Origin: Candidatus Saccharimonadota bacterium
GTDB taxonomy: Bacteria; Bacteroidota; Bacteroidia; Flavobacteriales; Blattabacteriaceae
Length of the DNA: 32,000 bases
NCBI RefSeq assembly: GCF_024818015.1
Contig: NZ_CP093908.1
Location: 158,868 to 190,867 of the forward strand
Reading direction: 5' to 3'
Below are positions 9,275 to 15,989 of this stretch, one piece after another. The translations under genes were made by a program, and so were the position numbers. The notes below the pieces were generated by a model. That model saw only the letters and a program-made list of their open reading frames with translations. It made no database searches and was not told where the DNA came from. Numbering within the stretch: the first letter of the stretch is position 1; every line of letters begins with the position of its first letter.

Positions 9275-10267
9275 TTACTTTACAAACTTATTATGAATTA
9301 AATATTCTAATATTTGAACTGCATTTGTAGCAGATCCTTTACGTAAATTATCAGAAACTATCCACATGTTTAGAGATTTGGTTTTAGACATATCTCTTCT
9401 AATCCTTCCAACAAATACATTATCGTTTCCTTCACAAAGAATGGGCATAGGATATATATTATTTTTTAGATTATCCATTAATATTAATCCATTGGTATTT
9501 GATAATAGATTCCGTAAATCATTTATATCAAAATCATTTTTAAATGTTAAATTAACACTTTCAGAATGACCACCTACTACAGGTATACGTACAGACGTAG
9601 CGGTAATTCTTATATTTTTATCATTAAAAATTTTTTTTGTTTCATTTATTAATTTTAATTCTTCTTTAGAATAACCATATCTATCAAATATCTCACAATG
9701 AGGAATAGCATTTCTATTTATTTTAAAACAATAATTTTTTTTAAAATTTATAAAATTTTCCTCATTTATTAGTTGATCTAATCCTTTTTTTCCTGATCCT
9801 GTAACAGATTGATAAGTAGATATTACTATACGTTTTATTTGATATTTTTTAGATAATGGGTGTAAAACTATAACTAATTGTATTGTAGAACAATTAGGAT
9901 TGGCAATTATCTTATCTTTTTTTTTTATAATATTTCCATTTATTTCAGGTACTATAAGTTTTTTATATTTATCCATCCGCCAGGCAGAGGAATTATCTAT
10001 TAATATAGTTCCTCTATTTGTAAATTTTATAGCCCATTTTTTTGAAATTTCTGCACCAGCAGAAAAAATAGCTATATCAGGTTTTAAAGAAATTACTTCT
10101 TCTATACTTAGAATTTTATATTTTTTTTTTCTAAAAAACATTTTTTTTCCAATTGATTTATTAGAAGCTACAGGGTATAATTTATTTATATAAATATTTT
10201 TTTCTTCTAAAAGATTTAAAATAACACGTCCTACCATTCCTGTTACTCCTACTATAGCTAAATTCAT
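9275..10267 (-). CDS. asd: aspartate-semialdehyde dehydrogenase
   Basis: 330 aa: N-terminal Rossmann motif VGVTGMVGR, the active-site region IANPNCSTIQ, and C-terminal SDNLRKGSATNAVQI. Confidence 0.93.
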   Translation of the reverse strand: MNLAIVGVTGMVGRVILNLLEEKNIYINKLYPVASNKSIGKKMFFRKKKYKILSIEEVISLKPDIAIFSAGAEISKKWAIKFTNRGTILIDNSSAWRMDKYKKLIVPEINGNIIKKKDKIIANPNCSTIQLVIVLHPLSKKYQIKRIVISTYQSVTGSGKKGLDQLINEENFINFKKNYCFKINRNAIPHCEIFDRYGYSKEELKLINETKKIFNDKNIRITATSVRIPVVGGHSESVNLTFKNDFDINDLRNLLSNTNGLILMDNLKNNIYPMPILCEGNDNVFVGRIRRDMSKTKSLNMWIVSDNLRKGSATNAVQILEYLIHNKFVK

Positions 10268-10272
10268 TTTTT

Positions 10273-10527
10273 CTAAGTGATAATGTTAATTAATTTTACT
10301 AATTTACTTTTAATTCTATTAGATTTATTTTTATGAATAATTTTTTTTTTTACTAATTTATCTATCATAGATGATATCTTAGGAAAAGCATTTAAAACTT
10401 TTGTTTTTTTAGATTCTAATTTAAATTTCTTTATTGCTGTTTTAGTAGATTTTAAAAAAAAATGATTTTGTAATCTTTTTAAATTGTTTTTACGTATTTG
10501 TTTTAAGGCGGATTTAGTATTTGCCAT
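10273..10527 (-). CDS. rpsT: 30S ribosomal protein S20
   Basis: 84-aa basic ORF MANTKSALKQIRKNNLKRLQN..., a typical S20 N-terminus. Confidence 0.9.
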   Translation of the reverse strand: MANTKSALKQIRKNNLKRLQNHFFLKSTKTAIKKFKLESKKTKVLNAFPKISSMIDKLVKKKIIHKNKSNRIKSKLVKLINIIT

Positions 10528-10544
10528 ATTAATTTATCATTAAG

Positions 10545-10616
10545 TAGCCTATAGGGGAATCGAACCCCTCTTTTCAGAATGAAAATCTGATGTCCTTACC
10601 AATAGACGAATAGGCC
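10545..10616 (-). tRNA. tRNA-Glu (anticodon UUC)
   Basis: Cloverleaf folded by hand from the reverse complement GGCCTAT TC GTC-TATTGGTAAG-GAC A TCAGA TTTTCAT TCTGA AAAG AGGGG TTCGATT CCCCT ATAGGCT A. It has a 7-bp acceptor stem with a G1-U72 wobble, the 3-bp D stem typical of tRNA-Glu, a perfect 5-bp anticodon stem and a TTCGATT T-loop. No CCA is encoded. Confidence 0.85.
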
Positions 10617-10617
10617 A

Positions 10618-11880
10618 TTATATATTGTTTTTTTTAAAAAAAAAACCGATAGATTTTAAATCAATCCAAAAATTAGGATAAGATTTAGATACTACGTTAT
10701 AATTTAATATTGATATAGGATATCTAATCCCTAATGTAGAAAATGACATTGCCATCCTATGATCATCATAAGTATAAATATAAATTTCCTTTTTTTGAGT
10801 TTCATTAAACTTAACTAATTCTATACTAGAATTAGTTATAATACTTTTTACCCCTAATTTAGATAATTCATTTTTTAATGCATTTAATCTATCTGTTTCT
10901 TTAATTTTTAGAGTTTCTAGTCCTCTTAAAATACATTTAATTCTTAATCCAGTACAAGTTACGACTATAGTTTGTGCTATATCTGGAGTTGAATTCAAAT
11001 CAATATCTATTGAATTCAAATCAATATCTATTGAATTCAAATCAATATCCATTATTTTTTTTAAATTAATTTCATTTTTCTGAAAAAAAGTTTTTACATT
11101 AAAAAAATCTTTATATATATTTGAGATTATACTATCACCTTGAATATTTTTTTTATTAAAAAATTTTAAATTTAAATCAGCTTTTTTAGAAAGAGCTACT
11201 AAAGAATAATAATATGATGCTGAACTCCAATCAGATTCTATTATTCTTTTAATTTTTTTTTTAAATTTTTTATTTTGAATATAAATCATATTATGATTCC
11301 ACAATACATTTATGCCCAGTTTTTTTAAAACGTTTAATGTCATATTAAGATAAGAGATAGAAGTAATTTTATTTGATAAATATATTTTTAATCCATTTTC
11401 AAATTTTGATGCTATTAACATAAGAGCACTTATATATTGACTACTTATAGTTGCATCTATATTAATTCCCCCCCCTAATAATTTATTACCCATTATTCTC
11501 AATGGAGGATATCCATTTTTTTTTTCATAAAAAATCTTTCCTCCTAATTTTTTTAGAGTTTCTACTAAAATAGAAATAGGTCTTTCTTGCATTCTATATG
11601 ATCCAGTTAATATAACTTCTCTATTTTCTTTTATAGAAAAAAAGGCGGTTAAAAATCGCATAGCGGTTCCAGAATGTTTAATATTAATTAACTTTTTTTT
11701 AGAAAATAAAGCCTTTTTTAAGATTAAAGTATCGTCAGAATTTGAAATATTTTCTAACTCAATTATATCAGGATATAATGCTTTTAATATCAAAAATCTA
11801 TTAGATTCACTTTTAGATCCAGTAATCTTAACATTACCATTTATATAAAAATTATTTTTAGATATTTGAATATAATACAT
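10618..11880 (-). CDS. aroA: 3-phosphoshikimate 1-carboxyvinyltransferase (EPSP synthase)
   Basis: 420 aa: GSKSESNR, GTAMRFL, QERP, and the catalytic-loop region TPDIAQT...LKIKETDRL. It contains an internal in-frame tandem repeat, listed as a separate feature. Confidence 0.92.
   Translation of the reverse strand: MYYIQISKNNFYINGNVKITGSKSESNRFLILKALYPDIIELENISNSDDTLILKKALFSKKKLINIKHSGTAMRFLTAFFSIKENREVILTGSYRMQERPISILVETLKKLGGKIFYEKKNGYPPLRIMGNKLLGGGINIDATISSQYISALMLIASKFENGLKIYLSNKITSISYLNMTLNVLKKLGINVLWNHNMIYIQNKKFKKKIKRIIESDWSSASYYYSLVALSKKADLNLKFFNKKNIQGDSIISNIYKDFFNVKTFFQKNEINLKKIMDIDLNSIDIDLNSIDIDLNSTPDIAQTIVVTCTGLRIKCILRGLETLKIKETDRLNALKNELSKLGVKSIITNSSIELVKFNETQKKEIYIYTYDDHRMAMSFSTLGIRYPISILNYNVVSKSYPNFWIDLKSIGFFFKKNNI
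10989..11049. repeat. perfect 21-bp tandem repeat (2.9 copies, 61 nt) inside aroA
   Basis: The unit ttgaattcaaatcaatatcta recurs with exact 21-nt periodicity over 10989-11049. It translates on the minus strand as DIDLNSI DIDLNSI DIDLNS. Confidence 0.95.
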
Positions 11881-11884
11881 ATTT

Positions 11885-12199
11885 TTAATTTTTGCTTTGC
11901 TCTATCTCTGATTTTAAAATCTTTCCTTTTTTTACCCCAGATAAAAGATATTTTTTATAATAAATTCCCTCTTTTAAAAGAAACGATTTTACAGTACATG
12001 TAGGTTGTGCTCCTTTAATTAACCAATTAACAGCTTTATCAACATTAATTGATATAGTATATGGATTAGTGTTAGGATTATAAAAACCAATTTTTTCTAT
12101 AAATTTTCCATTTCTAGGAGAACGAGAGTTAGAAACTACAATAGTATAAAAAGCTTTTTTTTTTCTCCCTTTTCTTTGGAGCCGAATTTTTATTGACAT
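11885..12199 (-). CDS. rpsP: 30S ribosomal protein S16
   Basis: MSIKIRLQRKGRKKKAFYTIVVSNSRSPRNGKFIEKIGFYNP is a canonical S16 N-terminus. I trimmed the start to the ATG (rc of 12197-12199), because the longer track ORF (to 12277) runs into tRNA-Gln. Confidence 0.9.
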   Translation of the reverse strand: MSIKIRLQRKGRKKKAFYTIVVSNSRSPRNGKFIEKIGFYNPNTNPYTISINVDKAVNWLIKGAQPTCTVKSFLLKEGIYYKKYLLSGVKKGKILKSEIEQSKN

Positions 12200-12220
12200 A
12201 TTTTTATAAAAATTTATTTG

Positions 12221-12291
12221 CAGACCCGTAGGGATTTGAACCCCAACTAACAGAACCAAAATCTGCTGTGCTACCATTACACAACGAGTCT
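12221..12291 (-). tRNA. tRNA-Gln (anticodon UUG)
   Basis: Hand-folded from the reverse complement AGACTCG TT GTGT AATGGTA GCAC A GCAGA TTTTGGT TCTGT TAGT TGGGG TTCAAAT CCCTA CGGGTCT G. All four stems pair (some G-U), with a TTCAAAT T-loop and anticodon TTG. No CCA is encoded. Confidence 0.85.
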
Positions 12292-12332
12292 TAGGAAAAG
12301 TAAAATTATATTAATATTAAATAAATAAAATT

Positions 12333-13514
12333 ATGTTATCAGATAGGATTCTAAATATGGGATATTCTAAAACATTAGAAATGACTTCTAAAGCAAGAAA
12401 ATTAAAAGAATTAGGATATAATGTAATTAATTTAAGTGTAGGGGAACCTAATTTTTATCCTCCATCTTTTATTTTAGATGCCGCTAAAAAAGCTATAGAT
12501 GAAGGATATCATTATTATACTCCTATATCAGGAATATTAGATCTTAAAAAGAAGATATGTAATAAATTTAAACGTGATAATAATCTTAATTATAAGATTT
12601 CACAAATAGTCATAAGTAATGGAGTTAAACAATCAATTATCAATTTATTTTTATCATTATTAAATAAAAATGATGAAGTGATAATACCTTCCCCTTATTG
12701 GGTAAGTTATTATGAAATGGTAAAATTTTGTCAGGCTAAACCTATTATTATACCAACTACAATAGAAGATGATTTTAAAATAACTTCTAAGCAATTAGAA
12801 ACTGTAATTACTTCTAAAACTAAAATATTTATATTTAATTCTCCTTGTAATCCGACAGGAAGTGTTTACGATAAAAAAGAATTAAAAAATATAGTTAAAA
12901 TATTATCTAAATATTCTAAGATTATTATTATTTCTGATGAAATATATGAGTATATCATTTATGATAAAAAACACATAAGTATTGCTTCTTTTCCTGAAAT
13001 TTATAATCAAACAGTTACATTAAATGGTCTTTCTAAATCATTTTCTATGACAGGATGGAGGGTAGGATATATGGGAGCTCCAGAGTGGATTGCTAAAGCT
13101 TGTGATAAAATCCAAGGTCAGACCACATCATGTGTAAATGCTATAGCACAACGTGCTTCTATTGTGGCATTAACATATAATCCTAAATTCTTATTAAGTA
13201 AAATAATATCTGAATTTAAATTTCGAAGAGATTTAGTAAGAAATCTGATAAAGAATATTCCTCAATTTCAATTTAAAACACCAGAAGGAGCTTTTTATAT
13301 ATTTCTAGATATTTCTGCTTTATTAGAAGATAAAAAATATAATTCATATATTAAATCATCAAATGATTTTGCAATGTATTTACTTAATAAATGTCATATA
13401 GCTACAGTTTCAGGAGAATCTTTTGGGTATAAAAATGGCCTTAGGATATCATATGCTAATTCTAAAGAAAATCTTATTGAAGCTTTTAAAAGAATGAAAA
13501 AATTATTAAAATAA
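12333..13514 (+). CDS. aspC: class I PLP-dependent aspartate/aromatic amino acid aminotransferase
   Basis: 393 aa: INLSVGEPNF, NSPCNPTG, and the PLP-lysine motif LSKSFSMTGWRVGY. This is AspC-family architecture. The exact substrate cannot be read from the sequence. Confidence 0.85.
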   Translation: MLSDRILNMGYSKTLEMTSKARKLKELGYNVINLSVGEPNFYPPSFILDAAKKAIDEGYHYYTPISGILDLKKKICNKFKRDNNLNYKISQIVISNGVKQSIINLFLSLLNKNDEVIIPSPYWVSYYEMVKFCQAKPIIIPTTIEDDFKITSKQLETVITSKTKIFIFNSPCNPTGSVYDKKELKNIVKILSKYSKIIIISDEIYEYIIYDKKHISIASFPEIYNQTVTLNGLSKSFSMTGWRVGYMGAPEWIAKACDKIQGQTTSCVNAIAQRASIVALTYNPKFLLSKIISEFKFRRDLVRNLIKNIPQFQFKTPEGAFYIFLDISALLEDKKYNSYIKSSNDFAMYLLNKCHIATVSGESFGYKNGLRISYANSKENLIEAFKRMKKLLK

Positions 13515-13519
13515 TTAAA

Positions 13520-13798
13520 ATGGCACACCCTAAAAGGAAACAATCTAAATCTAGAAAGAAGAAAAGAAGAACTTCTTACACTATTTCTAGTCCAAAATTA
13601 GGAATAGATATAAAAACTAAACAGTTACATCTATATCATAGAGCACATTGGTATGAAAAAAATTTATTTTATAAAGGCAAATTATTATTTATTAAAAATA
13701 AATACATTTTTTTTTTAAGTAAATCATTAATTGGAAATTATCAATATTTTAATTTATTTAAATATTTATTAATAAATAAATATGATTTTTCTCTATAG
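13520..13798 (+). CDS. rpmF: 50S ribosomal protein L32 with an A+T-rich C-terminal extension
   Basis: The N-terminus MAHPKRKQSKSRKKKRRTSY and the later LHLYHRAHW...YKGK are L32-like. The ORF is 92 aa, whereas the family is usually about 55-65 aa. The tail (KNKYIFFLSKSLIGNYQYFNLFKYLLINKYDFSL) is low-complexity. Confidence 0.8.
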   Translation: MAHPKRKQSKSRKKKRRTSYTISSPKLGIDIKTKQLHLYHRAHWYEKNLFYKGKLLFIKNKYIFFLSKSLIGNYQYFNLFKYLLINKYDFSL

Positions 13799-13865
13799 TA
13801 ATTTTTGTATAGAGAAAATAATATGATTTTTCTCTATAGTAATTTTTGTATAGAGAAAATAATAT
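13781..13865. repeat. perfect 41-bp tandem duplication (2 copies plus 3 nt) at the convergent rpmF/pdhB junction
   Basis: The unit tatgatttttctctatagtaatttttgtatagagaaaataa occurs at 13781-13821 and again, identical, at 13822-13862. Copy 2 contains the last ~9 codons and the stop of pdhB. Copy 1 contains the stop of the rpmF ORF. Confidence 0.95.
13787..13859. terminator. two identical 11-bp-stem hairpins, a candidate bidirectional terminator between convergent rpmF and pdhB
   Basis: ttttctctata (13787-13797) pairs with tatagagaaaa (13808-13818) around a 10-nt loop. The same structure is repeated 41 nt later (13828-13859). T-rich sequence follows in both directions. The stems are A+T-rich, so stability is modest. 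Confidence 0.35.
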
Positions 13866-14805
13866 CCTTTTTCTGAGGATACCAATTTTTTATTAAATTA
13901 TTAGCATAAGGTGCCGGGGTATCTTGTACTGTTATTCTTTTAATTGGAGCATCTAAATAATCAAAAGCTTCTTGTTGAATAACATAAGCTATTTCAGAAG
14001 AAATAGCAGCTAATGGCCAAGATTCTTCTAATAAAAGTAATCTATTAGTTTTTTTTATAGAATTAATAATAGTTTTATAATCTAACGGACGTATAGTACG
14101 TAAATCTATAATTTCTACACTTAGATTTGTTTTTTCAAGTTCTAAAGCAACATCTAATGCTATTTTTATTATTTTACCAAAAGTAACGATTGTTACATCA
14201 TTGCCTTTTTTTTTTACATTAGCTAACCCTAATGGCAGAGTATATTCTTCAATAGGAATAATCATTTTCTCTCCATACATTTGTTCAGATTCCATAAAAA
14301 GGACTACATCATTATCACGTATTGATGATTTTAAAAGACCTTTGGCATCATAAGGATTAGAAGGAATTACTACTTTTAATCCTGGACAATTAGCATACCA
14401 ACTTTCAAAAGATTGAGAATGTGTAGAACCTAATTGGCCGGCAAAACCTGTTGGTCCTCTAAAAACTATCGGAAGATTCCATTGTCCTCCACTCATTTGC
14501 CTTATTTTAGCAGCATTATTAATTATTTGATCCATAGCTACTAATGAAAAATTAAAAGTCATAAATTCAATAATAGGACGACACCCATTCATAGCTGATC
14601 CAATCCCTATCCCAGAAAATCCTAATTCAGATATTGGAGTATCAATGATTCTTTTGTAACCAAATTCTTTTAGCATCCCTTTAGAAGCTTTATATGCTCC
14701 ATTATATTCTGCTACTTCTTCTCCCATTAAATAGATGGTTTCATCTCTTCTCATTTCTTCACTCATAGCTGCAACTATAACTTCTCTAAAACTCATTTCT
14801 TTCAT
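13834..14805 (-). CDS. pdhB: pyruvate (2-oxoacid) dehydrogenase E1 component, beta subunit
   Basis: 323 aa: FREVIVAAMSEEMRRDETIYLMGEEVAEYNGAYK, IDTPISE, and a transketolase-like pyrimidine-binding plus C-terminal domain pattern. No alpha-subunit gene is adjacent. Confidence 0.9.
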   Translation of the reverse strand: MKEMSFREVIVAAMSEEMRRDETIYLMGEEVAEYNGAYKASKGMLKEFGYKRIIDTPISELGFSGIGIGSAMNGCRPIIEFMTFNFSLVAMDQIINNAAKIRQMSGGQWNLPIVFRGPTGFAGQLGSTHSQSFESWYANCPGLKVVIPSNPYDAKGLLKSSIRDNDVVLFMESEQMYGEKMIIPIEEYTLPLGLANVKKKGNDVTIVTFGKIIKIALDVALELEKTNLSVEIIDLRTIRPLDYKTIINSIKKTNRLLLLEESWPLAAISSEIAYVIQQEAFDYLDAPIKRITVQDTPAPYANNLIKNWYPQKKDIIFSIQKLL

Positions 14806-14930
14806 AGAAAAAAAATTATTAAAAAGAAAAATATAATGATTAAAATTATAAAATTATTAATTCAATTATTATTTTATTTAACGAAATATATATTATATAA
14901 ATTATTTTTTAAATAGGAGCGAAACGAAAC

Positions 14931-15968
14931 TTACAACTTACATAAGTAGGATAGTAATCTTTTTTTACGAGAAGATTTTTTTAATCTTTTAATTGCATGC
15001 ATTTCTATTTGTCGGCAACGTTCTCTAGTTAATCTTAATAGATAAGCTATTTTTTCTAAATTCATTGAAAAACATCCTAATCCATAATGTAATGTAATTA
15101 TTTGAGATTCTCTTTCTGAAAGAGTTTCTAATAATATTTTTATATCTTGTTGAAGAGATTCTTTTTCTAAAGAGTGATCAGTTTTAGGTGATTCAGAAAT
15201 GTTTATAACATCATATAAATTAGAATTATCTCCCTCGCCAAGAGCAGGGGCATCTAAAGATGTATGTTTAATTGAATTTATCAGAGCTTCCTCAACATCT
15301 TTTTCACTTACATTTAAATAGTCACTAATATATTTTATTGATGGAGGCATTTTAATTTTTTGTTCTAATTTAGAATATGTTTTATTAACTTTATTATAAA
15401 ATGCTAGTTTGTTGGTAGGATAACGTACACAACGAGCTTTATCCGATATAGCTTGTAAGATAGATTGTCTTATCCACCAGACACAATAAGAAATACATTT
15501 AAATCCCTTTCTTTCATCAAAACGATTTATTCCTTTTATGAGACCATAATTTCCTTCATTAATTAAATCTGATAAACTTAATCCTTGATTTTGATATTGT
15601 TTTGCTACAGAAATTACAAATCTTAAATTTGCTTTAACTAAATTATCAATTGCGTATTTTTTTATTCCCTTTTTAGGAAATTTTCTTAAGATAGCGGTTA
15701 ATTTTTTTATTTTTAATATGACTTTACTTTTTTTTTGAAATTGTTTCAATAGTTTCCATTTTTTAAATAATTTTTTGAAGATTGATTCTATTTCAGAATT
15801 ATAGATAGATCCTACTCGGGCTAATTTAGCCCAAAAGAATTCTTCTTCTTGACTTAATAATGGGAGATTACTTATCTCAAGTAAAAATTTATCTAAAGAC
15901 TCAGATTCTCCATTAGTAATAGGATCAGTATCAGGCTCACGCTCACTAATAATGTTTTGTTTTTTCAT
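14931..15968 (-). CDS. rpoD: RNA polymerase primary sigma factor (sigma-70 family)
   Basis: 345 aa: region 2 NLRFVISVAKQYQNQGLSLSDLINEGNYGLIKGINRFD, region 3, and region 4 LSERESQIITLHYGL...LTRERCRQIEMHAIKRLK. Confidence 0.92.
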   Translation of the reverse strand: MKKQNIISEREPDTDPITNGESESLDKFLLEISNLPLLSQEEEFFWAKLARVGSIYNSEIESIFKKLFKKWKLLKQFQKKSKVILKIKKLTAILRKFPKKGIKKYAIDNLVKANLRFVISVAKQYQNQGLSLSDLINEGNYGLIKGINRFDERKGFKCISYCVWWIRQSILQAISDKARCVRYPTNKLAFYNKVNKTYSKLEQKIKMPPSIKYISDYLNVSEKDVEEALINSIKHTSLDAPALGEGDNSNLYDVINISESPKTDHSLEKESLQQDIKILLETLSERESQIITLHYGLGCFSMNLEKIAYLLRLTRERCRQIEMHAIKRLKKSSRKKRLLSYLCKL

Positions 15969-15989
15969 ATTAAGAAATGTTTTGTTGTT

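Noticed and set aside
9366-10193. Two plus-strand ORFs (9366-9569, 67 aa; 9900-10193, 97 aa) inside asd
   Set aside because: Both are antisense to a well-conserved asd gene. They are F/I/L-rich with no motifs, and there is no room for their own expression signals.
12200-12277. N-terminal extension of the rpsP ORF (track start 12277, MVAQQILVLLVGVQ...)
   Set aside because: The extension is the reverse-strand reading of tRNA-Gln (12221-12291) from a non-ATG start. The canonical S16 N-terminus MSIKIRLQR begins at 12199.
10989-13865. Tandem repeats (21-bp in aroA, 41-bp at rpmF/pdhB) as possible CRISPR or mobile-element remnants
   Set aside because: The copies are directly adjacent with no spacers. 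There are only 2-3 of them, one set is in-frame inside a gene, and there are no cas, transposase or integrase genes anywhere in the window. They are simple slipped-strand or duplication events.
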